Shown here: positions 23,107 through 36,392 of the stretch, one piece after another | Position numbering within the stretch: the first letter of the stretch is position 1 | Layout of the letters: each line of letters opens with the position of its first letter | NCBI GenBank assembly: GCA_950097015.1 | Contig: CATNEN010000039.1 | Span: 14,074,001 to 14,138,000, forward strand | Direction: 5' to 3' | Length of the DNA stretch: 64,000 nucleotides | Source: Macrostomum hystrix | Lineage: Eukaryota; Animalia; Platyhelminthes | Position numbers and translations under genes: made by a program | The notes under the pieces: model-generated | What the model was told of the DNA's origin: nothing | Seen by the model: the letters and a program-made list of their open reading frames with translations, nothing else | Databases searched by the model: none

Positions 23107-26100
23107 ATGCATATTGTTTTTCACGTTACTGCTTTCCTTGTATTCGGCTTTGTGTCCAATATCGCTGCATCTGATGTGTTAGTTTTTACTGACGCCAATT
23201 TTGACTCAAACATAAAGCAGCATGAAGTGATTCTAGTAGAGTTTTATGCACCCTGGTAAGTATATTGATATAATCTGTGTTTACTGGTTTACATTTAAGT
23301 TTAAATATAAGTTCACAGCAAAATCATATAAGTTTTTCTACTGTATGTAAATTAACTTCAGAAAATCCATGAGCTGACAAATTACTTATCACATGCATCA
23401 CAGTACTATACAGAATATCTTTTATTATACAACACAATATAATATTGTATACATATTTACAATTTTCTTTACATTTTATAGAGGTAAAATATATTTCTAT
23501 GCACAAAAAGTATCTTAAAACATACACTTTCTTTTGAATTGGAATCCTAATGTTTTCACTATAATTATCTTAATTTTTGATATTTTAATTTGTTGTACAA
23601 CCACATATAATATTGTATAAATATTTACTATTCTGTATACATTTTATGGAAGAAAAAAGTATTTCTATGCCTAAAAATGTACCCTAAATCATACCTTTTC
23701 TTTTTATTTGGAATCCTAAAGTTTAAAATTTAATTATGTAATTTAAATTTATGTATTTTGATTTTTGCATAATAATTCTATCAGAAATTATTAAGCCATT
23801 TAATATTTTTCTTTATTTTTTATTTAAGAAAGTATTGCTGATAAACTAATTTTCTGTTTAAAATGATCAAAATGTCTAACTTGACATTTTCTTAAAATAT
23901 TTAAACTTTTCGAATCTGCAACAGAATTCTATTGCTGACAATATGATTCATAGACATTTTTATTTACAAATTTTTATGTTAATTATATCCTCTCTCTAAT
24001 AGGAAAAGCTTTATATATAAGTTTCTTGTCATAAAAAGGCACTTTATTTAAATTTTTAGAAACAATACAGTTTATTTTTATAAAATTACTTCATACTTGT
24101 TTATAAAAATACATACTTCATAGTACTAATTACTGAATGTTTCAGTAATTACATTATATTATTTTGTATTTAAATTGCTACTCTAGTATTTCGTGTTTCA
24201 AGCACTCGTCTTATCTTCATCTCCTTATTTATTAAATTCTTGCTATTTAGTTTTTTCTATTCAATTTTACAAAGTGAAAAGATTTATTTTTGTAACAAAA
24301 TGATTTTGTTTAAACAAATGAAAACAAACTAGAAGATCGGGTAACAGAAATCATAGTTTTGAATCGTCATATTCTCAGTGCATTATCAATTATTTTAACA
24401 GGTGTGGCCACTGTCAGCGACTGGCACCTGAGTATGAGACCGCAGCCACCAGGCTAAAGGACGTACCTGTGCCACTAGCCAAAGTGGACTGCACAGCTGA
24501 GACTGGAGTCTGCGGCAGATTCGGAGTCAGCGGCTATCCGACTCTGAAAATTTTCAAAGGAGGCGAGTTCAGCAGCGACTACCAGGTGAGTGGGACAATA
24601 TTTTGAATCTTGTTGTTATGTCTTTGATATCTCATTTAGTTTTAGTTTTCGTTTTAAAACCTTTAACTGTTACCTGTCTTTGAGATCCATTGATCTTTAC
24701 CTTGAGTATACCACATTGCCCAGATCATCTCATCTCAATAGCATACTCAATCCGCCAGGGACCCCGCGACGCTGATGGCATAGTGAAATACATGAAATCG
24801 AAAGCCGGCCCGACATCGCGCCAGCTAGCAACCGATGCTGACTATGAGCGACTGCTCGACGGAGTTGAGCCATTTGTTGCCGGCTTCTTTGCCGACGAAG
24901 CATCGACGGCTTACAGGGTCTTCAAGCAGGTGAGCGTGTCCTCGGCGGCATTGAATGCAGCCATCCGCGCTTCTCACGTCCACTAACTTAGCTGTCTCAT
25001 TTTATTTTGTGAAATTATTATTAAACTTTTGTTCTATAGATTAGCCATTCACTTTCATCCCATAGTAAAGATTAAGCCTCCACTTTTATCCATAGTCTAT
25101 TGAGATATCTGATAGCCTATATAGATATCCCATAGATTTCCCATAGATGGATATCTCATAGGATTGCATAGGATTCCAATTGCATAGATTAGCAATCCAC
25201 TTTGTCTCATAGCATAGATTAGCAATCCACTTTGTCTCATAGCATAGATTAGCAATCCACTTTGTCCCATAGCATAGATTAGCAATCCACTTTGTCCCAT
25301 AGCATAGATTAGCAATCCACTTTGTCCCATAGCATAGATTAGCAATCCACTGTTGTCCGATCTGATATTTTTCAACACATGCTGCCTTCAAAATCTTCCA
25401 AACACAGGCCTCCGGCTCTCTAATGGAGGACTTCACCTTCGCTCACAGCCTGTCCTCCGAGCTAAACGCCCGCCTCGGTTTTGACACGGACCGCATCCTA
25501 GTTGTCAGGCCGAACAAGCTGCGAAGCAAGTTCGAGCCGGACACTGAGGCCTACGCTGGATCCATGGATGCCGACACTCTGAAGCAGTGGATTGGCGCCA
25601 ATATGTGAGAGCTACATTTCTGATAGATGCCTTCAAATAGCACTCATTTCCATCCGTCCCCATTCTATACGATCCGCCCCCATTCGATTTCATCCGCCCC
25701 CATTCTATTCCATCCGCCCCCCCATTCTATAACATCTGCCCCCCATTCTATAACATCCGCCCCCCATTCTATAACATCCGCCCCCCTTCTATAACATCCG
25801 CCCCCCATTCTATAACATCCGCCCCCCTTCTATAACATCCGCCCCCCCATTCTATAACATCCGCCCCCCTTCTATAACATCCGCCCCCCATTCTATAACA
25901 CCCGCCCCCCATTCTATAACATCCGCCCCCCTTCTATAACATCCGCCCCCCTTCTATAACATCCACCCCCATTCGATTTCATCCGCCCCCATTCTATAAA
26001 ACCCACCCTCATTCGATTCCATCCGCCCCCATTCGATTCCTTCCGCCCCCATTCGATTCCATCCACCCCATTCTATAACATCCGCCCCCCATTCTATAAC

Positions 26101-28277
26101 ATCCGCCCCCCATTCTATAACATCCGCCCCCCATTCTATAACATCCGCCCCCCATTCTATAACATCCGCCCCCCATTCTATAACATCCATCCTCATTCTA
26201 TTTTAAACGCCCCCATTCGATTCCACCCGCCCCCCATTCTATAACATCCGCCCCCCATTCTATAACATCCGCCCCCCATTCTATAACATCCGCCCCCCAT
26301 TCTATAACATCCGCCCCCCATTCTATAACATCCGCCCCCCATTCTATAACATCCGCCCCCCATTCTATAACATCCGCCCCCCATTCTATAACATCCGCCC
26401 CCCATTCTATAACATCCGCCCCCCATTCTATAACATCCACCCCCCCATTCTATAACATCCATCCTCATTCTATTTTAAACGCCCCCATTCGATTCCACCC
26501 GCCCCCCATTCTATAACATCCGCCCCCCATTCTATAACATCCGCCCCCCATTCTATAACATCCGCCCCCCATTCTATAACATCCGCCCCCATTCGATTTC
26601 ATCCGCCCCCATTCTATTCCATCCGCCCCCCTTCTATAACATCCGCCCCCATTCTATAACATCCGCCCCATTCGATTCCATCCGCCCCCATTCGATTCCA
26701 CCCGCTCCCCATTCTATTACATACGCCCCCATTCTATAACATCCGCCCCCATTCGATTCCATCCGCCCCCAATGGATTTCACTTTCATTTTCCGTTTCTT
26801 TTTGACAGCTACGGCCTAGCCGGGCTTCGCACTGCCAACAACGGCAAGTACTTTGGCGGCAGCGGCCTCTCGCTAATCACCGCGTTTTTCTCCGTCGACT
26901 ACCAGCGCAATGCCAAGGGGACAAACTACTGGCGCAACCGGGTGATGAAGATTGCCAAAAAGCACTCAGCATTCGGCCTGAGATTCTGCATCGCCAACAC
27001 GGCCGCCCTGAAGCACGAGCTCAGCGAGTTCGGAGTACAGTCGCCTGACGAGCACAAGGTTGTGGTGACCGCCCTCGACGCCAAGGGACGGAAATTCGTC
27101 ATGGCCGACGATTTCAGGTTGAGTAGAGTTCTCCGCTTCCGTCAAGAATTTTAAGTTTTACGCCCCCTAACCTACTCTTAAATTACGAGATTTCCGCCCC
27201 CATAACCTAATCCCAAATTAAGAGATTTCCGACCCTAACCTATTCCCGAATATCGAGATTTCCGCCCCCCTAACCTACTCCCGAATATCGAGATTTCCGC
27301 CCCCCTAACCTACTCCCGAATATCGAGATTTCCGCCCCATAACCTACTCCCAAATTACCAGTTTTCTGCCCCCCCAAACCTAATCCCAAATTACGAGTTT
27401 TCCGCCCCCTAACATACTCCCGAATATCGAGATTTCCGCCCCCTAACCTACTCCGAAAATACCAGTTTTCTGCCTCCCTAACCTAATCCCAAATTACGAG
27501 ATTTCTGCCCTATATTCTACTCCAGAATATCGACATTTCCGCCCCTAACCTACTCCCAAATATATCGAGATTGCCGCCCCCTAACCTACTCCCAAATATA
27601 TCGAGATTGCCGCCCCCTAACCTACTCCCAAATATATCGAGATTTCCGCCCCCTAACCTACTCCCAAATATATCGAGATTTCCGCCCCCTAACCTACTCC
27701 CAAATATATCGAGATTTCCGCCCCCTAACCTACTCCCAAATTACCAGTTTTCTGCCCCTCTAAACGTTCCTACTTTATCTTTCCCATCAGCCCGGAGTCA
27801 TTCGACGCTTTCTTGACCGACCTAGTCGCCGACAAGCTGACCCCCTACCTGAAGTCGGAGCCGGTGCCGGAGTCCCAGCCGGACCCTGTCAAGGTTGTCG
27901 TTGCTAAAAGCTTCGACTCGATTGTCAACGACCCCACCAAGGACGTCCTTATCGAGTTCTACGCGCCCTGGTGCGGACATTGCAAGAGTCTGGCGCCAAA
28001 GTATGACGAATTGGCTCAGAAACTCGCCAATGAGCCTGATATTGTGATAGCCAAGATGGACGCCACCGCCAACGATGTACCTCAGCCCTACAATGTGCGC
28101 GGATTCCCAACAATCTACTTCGCTCCAAAAGGCGACAAATCCAATCCGAAAGCCTACGAGGGTGCCAGAGAGGTAGCGGATTTCGTCAACTACCTGGCTA
28201 GGGAGGCCACTGATGAGCTGCTCGGCTTCGACAGATCCGGCAACGCCAAGAAGACACCTGGCAAGCAGGAGCTGTAA
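23107..28277 (+). CDS. PDIA3: Protein disulfide-isomerase A3 (ERp57), 6 exons, 498 aa
   Basis: Exons 23107-23255, 24402-24585, 24759-24929, 25408-25604, 26809-27117 and 27791-28277 join in frame. Signal peptide [21 protein letters not shown], two [10 protein letters not shown] sites, ERp57-type [12 protein letters not shown] and YLKSEPVP, C-terminal KQEL. Exons 1-2 are missing from the ORF track. Confidence 0.93.
25180..25360. repeat. 30-bp minisatellite (CATAGCATAGATTAGCAATCCACTTTGTCC) in PDIA3 intron 3
   Basis: About 6 copies. Confidence 0.9.
25645..26772. repeat. About 21-bp minisatellite (CATCCGCCCCCCATTCTATAA) in PDIA3 intron 4
   Basis: About 50 copies. Confidence 0.95.
27160..27765. 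repeat. About 34-36-bp minisatellite (GATTTCCGCCCCCTAACCTACTCCCAAATATATCGA) in PDIA3 intron 5
   Basis: About 17 copies. Confidence 0.92.
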
Positions 28278-28982
28278 TTTCTGGCCTGTGTTATTGTCCT
28301 CACAATCGTTATAACTAAAATTCCAAGCGTTAATATCGATCAAAAACATTCTAATTTTGTGCCATCTTTGCAAAAAATACTACTACCCAAACAGCCTGGG
28401 CAGTAGGCTGTGTCGCTTATTTTGTCTGTTTATTGTGTTCATTCGATACTGAAATTCGACATAGACATTTCTTTACTCAAAATATTCTAGTCTGCTCTAC
28501 AAATATGTGTTTTTTTACTTTTGCAACAAACTCTGCTTTTTAACAAAACTCTTAATTTCTTTCACCTAATTTCCTAATTTTTAGCAAAATTGTCACATTT
28601 AAATCCAAGCAAATCAATTACCATAATGGAGAAACCTTTCATTTAGTCCTTTTTTTCATATTTTACAATTTCTTTCCTTACCTGCCTCATTTTAAATTAT
28701 GCTCTACTGTTGCTTTAGTTTTGTCTGTTATAATTCTTTTGCTGAAGCAGTTACTAACACGATTTTGATTGGGCTGAAGCTCCTTCTGTCTCTATCAAGT
28801 TCAAAATACCTTAAAAATTACGTTGATGACGTTGGCTCTTATTAAAATCTTCAATTTTTGCACCAAACAGGAGGTTTTTTTTCGAGACTACTAACGAGTA
28901 GTGTTTCTGATCGACTTGATATGAATATTAAATAAATGTTTGCTACGGAACCGCAAAAACATAATACAAAAAAAGAAAAAGG

Positions 28983-30252
28983 GGAGAGTAGTCAGAGATG
29001 AGAGTAGACGGAGGAGAGACTAGACAGAGGAGAGACTAGACAGAGGAGAGACTAGACAGAGGAGAGAGTACACAGAGGAGAGAGTAGACAGAGGAGAGAA
29101 TAGACAGAGGAGAGAGTAGACATAGGAGAGAGCAGACAGAGGAGAGAATAGACTGAGGAGAGAGTACACATGAGAGTGTACACAGAGGAGAGTAGACAGG
29201 AGAGAGCAGACAGAAGAGAGAGTAGACAGAGGAGAGAGTAGACAGAGGAGAGAATAGACAGAGGAATGAGTAGACAGAGGAGAGACTAGACAGAGGAGAG
29301 AGTAGACATAGGAGAGAGCAGACAGAGGAGAGAATAGACAGAGGAGAGACTAGACTGAGGAGAGAGTACACATGAGAGTGTACACAGAGGAGAGTAGACA
29401 GGAGAGAGCAGACAGAGGAGAGAGTAGACAGAGGAGAGACTAGACGGAGGAGAGACTAGACAGAGGAGAGAGTACACAGAGGAGAGAGTACACAGAGGAG
29501 AGAGCAGACAGAGGAGAGAGCAGACAGAGGAGAGAGCAGACAGAGGAGAGAGCAGACAGAGGAGAGAGCAGACAGAGGAGAGAGCAGACAGGAGAGAGCA
29601 GACAGAGGAGAGAGCAGACAGAGGAGAGAGCAGACAGAGGAGAGAGTAGACAGAGGAGAGAGTAGACAGAGGAGAGACTAGACAGAGGAGAGAGTAGACA
29701 GAGGAGAGACTAGACAGAGGAGAGAGTACACATGAGAGTGTACACAGAGGAGAGTAGACAGGAGAGAGCAGACAGTGGAGAGAGCAGACAGAGGAGAGAG
29801 TAGACAGAGGAGAGAGTAGACAGTGGAGAGAGCAGACAGAGGAGAGAGTAGACAGAGGAGAGAGCAGACAGAGGAGAGAGTACACAGAGGAGAGAGTAGA
29901 CAGAGGAGAGACTAGACAGAGGAGAGAGTAGACAGAGGAGAGAGTAGACAGAGGAGAGACTAGACAGAGGAGAGAGTAGACAGAGGAGAGAGTAGACAGA
30001 GGAGAGACTAGACAGAGGAGAGAGTAGACAGAGGAGAGAGCAGACAGAGGAGAGAGTAGACAGAGGAGAGAGTAGACAGGAGAGAGCAGACAGAGGAGAG
30101 AGTAGACAGAGGAGAGATTAGACAGAGGAGAGAGCAGACAGTGGAGAGAGCAGACAGAGGAGAGAGCAGACAGAGGAGAGAGTAGACATAGGAGAGAGTA
30201 GACAGAGGAGAGACTAGACAGAGGAGAGAGCAGACAGAGGAGAGAGCAGACA
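28983..30252. repeat. Polypurine about 18-bp minisatellite (GACAGAGGAGAGAGTA..)
   Basis: Begins just after the putative PDIA3 polyA signal (AATAAA near 28931). Confidence 0.95.
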
Positions 30253-31118
30253 GAAGGACGGAAGGAAGGCATTGAATCGAAAATATCTATTCGCATATCT
30301 AAATTAGTTCCTTGCCTTGTCCCATCCCTATGAGGTTATTCGGGAGAATTGCAAATCAAGTTGAAAGTGTTTAGCCAACAGGTGTGTCATCATGAAGCTG
30401 CTTGAGTGTCTTGTTTTTCATATTTCTGTGACATTGCATACGTGCCTACCTGGGATTCTTCAGTTGGGATTGCGCAATCAATCAGAGAAGATGCTACCGC
30501 AGATGTCAATCAGGACTGTGGATATTGTGGCTATATCTGATTATTTGACTGTCCACAATGCGTGCACTCATCCGTAGGCCTCTGCATAGCATGCGTGCCA
30601 CATTGGATATTTTCTGAAATTTTGTTCTGGAATTCCAAGCTTCGAATAAACAAAAATCAAAGCCGGAACTTTGCCTCGGCCACCTGCGGCTGCTGAACAG
30701 TAAAAAATTCAAGGGTGATAGATCAGGGACTTCTGTATCCTAGCATCTGTATTTTACTTGATACAGAAGTCCCTGAATAAATGAATCTAATTCTCAGCAT
30801 GTTCAGGATTGAGATGAATTTTGAGCTCAGTTAAACTTCCCACCTGCTGAGTCCGAATCCCAATTGGTCCTCCCACTTGTCTGTGAGGCCGCTAAGCTTC
30901 AGACTGTACCAGATTGTCTATGGCCTAGACCCCCCTGTTGCTGTAATTAGCTTTCTAAGAATGACAAGCCGTTAATCCGCTTTTAATAGTTTTCTGTCTG
31001 AGGGATTGTGAGCCTCTGTTAATGCTCGATTTCTGAGTGCGGTGGGTTGCAATGGCCGCTACATCTGAGTAGGGAGTCGCGAAGAGGGACTTATCTCGAT
31101 TGGAGGAAAATTGGAGAT

Positions 31119-32010
31119 TTAATAATAGAACGGTGATTTCTTTTATCACTCAGAATCGACAGGAGTATGCTGTAACCAAATGAAATCTTACATTTTGTGT
31201 TTGACCTCCGTTGTCTCATGCTGTTTAACAAACGCTTTAAAAAATCATATTTGACAATAATGATGCCACCTCTATTTTTGAATATTGTCAGTTCGCACCG
31301 ATTCTTGTCATTTCGCTGATTCTTGTCCATTCTATTAATAATAGAACGGTGATTTCTTTTATCACTCAGAATCGACAGGAGTATGCTGTAACCAAATGAA
31401 ATCTTACATTTTGTGTTTGACCTCCGTTGTCTCATGCTGTTTAACAAACGCTTTAAAAAATCATATTTGACAATAATGATGCCACCTCTATTTTTGAATA
31501 TTGTCAGTTCGCTGATTCTTGTCAGTTCGCACCGATTCTTGTCAGTTCGCACCGATTCTTGTCAGTTTACACCGATTCTTGTCAGTTCGCTGATTCTTGT
31601 CAGTTCGCTGATTCTTGTCATTTCGCTGATTCTTGTCAGTTCGCTGATTCTTGTCAGTTCGCTGATTCTTGTCAGTTTGCTGATTCTTGTCAGTTCGCTG
31701 ATTCTTGTCAGTTTGCTGATTCTTATCAGTTTGCTGATTCTTGTCATTTCGCTGATTCTTGTCAGTTCGCTGATTCTTGTCAGTTCGCTGATTCTTGTCA
31801 GTTTGCTGATTCTTGTCAGTTTGCTGATTCTTGTCAGTTTGCTGATTCTTGTCAGTTTGCTGATTCTTGTCAGTTCGCTGATTCTTGTCAGTTCGCTGAT
31901 TCTTGTCAGTTCGCTGATTCTTGTCAGTTCGCTGATTCTTGTCAGTTCGCTGATTCTTGTCAGTTCGCTGATTCTTGTCAGTTCGCTGATTCTTGTCAGT
32001 TCGCTGATTC
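31119..32010. repeat. 216-bp tandem duplication (31119-31334, 31335-about 31550) whose second copy expands into an 18-bp array (GATTCTTGTCAGTTCGCT)
   Basis: Both copies start TTAATAATAGAACGGTGATTTC. Copy 1 carries about 2.5 units of the 18-mer; copy 2 carries about 28. Confidence 0.92.
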
Positions 32011-32689
32011 CTATTAAATTATCTAAGCAGTGCTCTGAGTCGCAGAGTACAGGTCTATGGCTTAACTACCTCCCAAGAATTATCCCACAGTACACGTACC
32101 ATGGTGATGCAACATTGCCGACAATTTTCAATCAATTCTGTTTTACCAGACTCATAAATTGCAGAGCAGGAGATGAACAATGACCCGAGCGATTCGGTTT
32201 GGACATCCTGGCAAATATTGCGTTGAGGCAGAAAATTTCCCACAACTTCTTTTAGCAGAGAAGCTCATTAGCACCCTTGACTACCTGCCTGCCTGAGAAT
32301 CAATAGAAAATGACCATATTTTGGGGAGTGGGTTCCATAACAATAGCCTGGCAACGAGACTTTTTTGACACCTCGTGGCTCTCGCGTGTCAATGATAACA
32401 ATACTATTGTTATTTTTATTATTATTGATTGCATCTGAAACACATTTTCAGGTTCTGGCAATTAATAACAATTGAAGGCAAATTATAGCTCAATAATGCA
32501 GCCCTCAATTTTCTGTGATCAATGAAAATTCATTGCTTCTGTCACTTTTGTAGCTTTTTTGCTTTAGGACAAAGGAATATAATTGACGTGAACTCTGCAG
32601 TACAGCGAATTCATTAGGCATTGAAAATTCGGGATAATTATTGTTCTCGCTCAGTTTTTTGCTCAAATGCCTTTGAGACCATAATTGGT

Positions 32690-33598
32690 GGATATCAAGT
32701 CCACACCTGTTAGATATCAAGCCCACATCTGTTAGATATCAAGCCCACACCTGTTAGATATCAAGCCCACACCTGTTAGATATCAAGCCCACATCTGTTA
32801 GATATCAAGCCCACACCTGTTAGATATCAAGCCCACATCTGTTAGATATCAAGCTTAAACCTGTTAGATATCAAGCCCACACCTGTTAGATATTAAGTCC
32901 ACATCTGTTAGATATCAAGCCCACATCTGTTAGATATCAAGCTTAAACCTGTTAGATATCAAGCCCACACCTGTTAGATATCAAGCCCACACCTGTTAGA
33001 TATCAAGCCCACACCTGTTAGATATCAAGCCCACATCTGTTAGATATCAAGCTTAAACCTGTTAGATATCATGCCCACACCTGTTAGATATCATGCCCAC
33101 ATCTGTTAGATATCAAGCCCACACCTGTTAGATATCATGCCCACACCTGTTAGATATCATGCCCACACCTGTTAGATATCAAGCCCACATCTGTTAGATA
33201 TCAAGCCTACATCTGTTAGATATCAAGCTTAAACCTGTTAGATATCAAGCCCACACCTGTTAGACGTCAAGCCCGTATCTGTTAGATATCGATCCTACCT
33301 GTTAGATATTGATCCTACCTGTTAGATATTGATCCTACCTGTTAGATATTGATCCTACCTGTTAGATATTGATCCTACCTGTTAGATATTGATCCTACCT
33401 GTTAGATATTGATCCTACCTGTTAGATATTGATCCTACCTGTTAGATATTGATCCTACCTGTTAGATATTGATCCTACCTGTTAGATATTGATCCTACCT
33501 GATAGATATTGATCCTACCTGTTAGATATTGATCCTACCTGTTAGATATTGATCCTACCTGTTAGATATTGATCCTACATGTCAGATATTGATCCTAT
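32690..33598. repeat. Compound minisatellite: 22-bp (CCCACACCTGTTAGATATCAAG) switching near 33290 to 20-bp (ACCTGTTAGATATTGATCCT)
   Basis: Direct inspection. Confidence 0.95.
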
Positions 33599-34009
33599 AT
33601 TTATAACCTAAAATGCATTAAATGTTTTGTCATTTAGAACTTCTGACACAAATATTCACGGTTGAAATTGTCTTTAAATGGCGAATGATAATAACTTTTG
33701 TTATTCCAAATTAGTTTCAATGCCTTGACCGTTTTTCACAAGTTGAGAATGCAAAACAAAGAATTAAAAAACTGTCGAGTTTAGAGGTCAGAAAAGACGA
33801 CTGAAAAACTAGTTAAAGAGATTTGCCCCAGCAACAACATAAATTGGGGATTCTGAAGGCAGAAAGCGGGAAATAAATTAAGAATGTGATTTATAATCCC
33901 TGATTTCAATTCGCGTTGTTAAAGCTGATTGTGTAACAATTTACTGAACTGAAAACTGCTCGCTTGAAAGCGACAAATAGTGTGTGAAGACTGGACTGGC
34001 AAATAGCCA

Positions 34010-34765
34010 GTGGAGAGGAGAGGAGAGTGGAGAGCAGAGGGTAGAGAGCGGAGAGGGTACATAGCGTAGAGATTAGAGAGCGGTGAGAGTAGAGAGTGTA
34101 GAGAGTAGAGAGTAGAGAGTGTAGAGAGTAGAGAGTAGTGAGCGGAGAGAGTAGAGAGTAGAGAGCGGAAAGAGTAGAGAGTGGAAAGAGTAGAGAACGA
34201 AGAGAGTAGAGAGTGAAGAGAGTAGAGAGTGGAGAGAGTAGAGAGTGGAGAGAGTAGAGAGCGGAGAGAGTAGAGAGAGGAGAGAGTAGAGAGCGGTGAG
34301 AGTAGAGAGAGTAGAGAGCTGAGAGAGTAGAGAGAGGAGAGAGTAGAGAGCTGAGAGAGTAGAGAGAGGAGAGAGTAGAGAGTAGAGAGCGGAGAGAGTA
34401 GAGAGCGGAGAGAGTAGAGAGTAGAGAGAGTAGAGAGTAGAGAGTAGAGAGTAGAGAGTAGAGAGAGTAGAGAGTAGAAAGTAGAGAGTAGAGAGAGTAG
34501 AGAGTAGAGAGTAGAGAGTAGAGAGCAGAGAGAGCGGAGAGAGTAGAGAGCGGAGAGAGCGGAGAGAGGAGAGAGTAGAGAGCGGAGAGAGTAGAGAGCG
34601 GAGAGAGTAGAGAGCGGAGAGAGCAGAGAGAGGAGAGAGTAGAGAGCGGAGAGAGTAGAGAGCGGAGAGAGTAGAGAGCGGAGAGAGTAGAGAGAGGAGA
34701 TAGTAGAGAGCGGAGAGAGTAGAGAGCGGAGAGAGTAGAGAGCGGAGAGAGTGCAGAGCGGAGAA
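34010..34765. repeat. Polypurine 9/18-bp repeat (GAGAGTAGAGAGCGGA)
   Basis: Direct inspection. Confidence 0.92.
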
Positions 34766-35699
34766 TTCGAGAGAAAGTAGGTGTATTGTCTCAGCCCATC
34801 CAATCATGGTGAGAGGGTCTCCTCTGGTTTTACCTGACTCCAATATGGCAAACAGTTCAACGCAATGTTTCTTGAAACTGCAGCTGCCTATGGCAAGCAA
34901 CCATAAGAGGATACATTAAGATCCAATTTATCCCATATTACTCCCTTATCCACTTCCCAATTTAGTATTGTGTGCGATGCAAATATTGGGACAAAACTGA
35001 CTGGCGCGGCTAAACAAACAGATAAAAAACGAAGAAAACGAAACAAGACTAGAAAAAGATTCGATATGTGATTGGTGCCGGTTCAGTATCCATGTCTGTG
35101 GCATCCTGTGATTTGGCTTAGATTTCTTAGAAACCAAACACAGTCGGGGAGATCTAGGCACATAGTTTGAGTTTGAGTTCATAAACCTTTGAGTATATTT
35201 CTAATTGAATAAAATCTGTGCTATCTTCTCCAAAGGCCTAAATTCTGGTAAAATAATTTTTCTAAATAAGCAACATCAAAATTGCGAAATCTCAAAATTT
35301 CCAAGATTAATTGCAGTTCACACTACAAGCACTAGCACAGTTGAGGATCTGTGCCGCAGTCACAGAGCTGTCACAGTGAATTCCCAATTGCCTAAAACTT
35401 CACACCTGTTCTATCCAGCTCATTGTGCTACCATTTTGTTTCTAGGGGCCTCGGGTCAGACGACCTGAGTCACCGTTCAGGTGTCAGCAAGCATTTAGTG
35501 AATTCGATGCGTTTAGAAATTAGTCAGTGAAAAGTGAAATCTACCAGAATAATAACAAAGTGAAGGACCATCTTGATCACATTGACTCTTGAATTGATCA
35601 TGTTGACACTTTGAGTTGAGTTCAGCTAAAACAAGAAGTCAGAGTGTGGTCAACCTGGACTCAAAATCAGAGCCAGAAGTTTAACAAGTTCTTACTCAC

Positions 35700-35948
35700 A
35701 GATATTACAGACAGTAGCAGATTTACAGGCAGTAACAGATGCACAGACAGTAACAGATTTACAGACAGTAACAGACTTACAGACAGTAACAGATTTACAG
35801 ACAGTAGCAGATTTACAGGCAGTAGCAGACTTACAGACAGTAACAGACTTACAGACAGTAGCAGATTTACAGACAGAAACAGATTTACAGACAGTAACAG
35901 ATTTACAGACAGTAACAGACTTACAGACAGTAACAGACTTACAGACTG
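35700..35948. repeat. 18-bp minisatellite (ACAGACAGTAACAGATTT)
   Basis: About 13 copies. Confidence 0.92.
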
Positions 35949-36392
35949 CTGTGGGAAAATTAATTCAGCAATATTGTACTCGTAATAACTAAGAAAATGG
36001 GGCTCTGTTGTAAAAAATGCGTTGCCTTAGATTCTTGCATTTTCGACTGACGAAATTGCAATTTATAATCTTAATTTGTTCAGGCCAGGATCGCAATTAA
36101 GCTAGAGAACTCCAATAGATAACAGTTTTAGGTGATTTATTGCTGCCTTTGATTTTAACCGCCTTGTCGTTTTATTATTTTCGGACGGAAGCGGCCTCTA
36201 AATGAAGTCACCCTACAGGTAAGGCTCAGGTAAAATTATTATACCTCACACTTACTGTGTGAAACCCAACCTCTCAGATAATTAGATAACTGCTTGCGGT
36301 CGTAAAAATATTGTTGCTATGATAGCTGCACAATAGCTATGCTGTTAATAGGTTCGATTTTTATCTAAGTTATGAATCACTGTGTCCATTAA

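Noticed and set aside
28822-28912. Additional C/D snoRNA (TGATGA...CTGA)
   Set aside because: It lies in the probable PDIA3 3'UTR, with no recognisable rRNA guide, D' box or paralogs.
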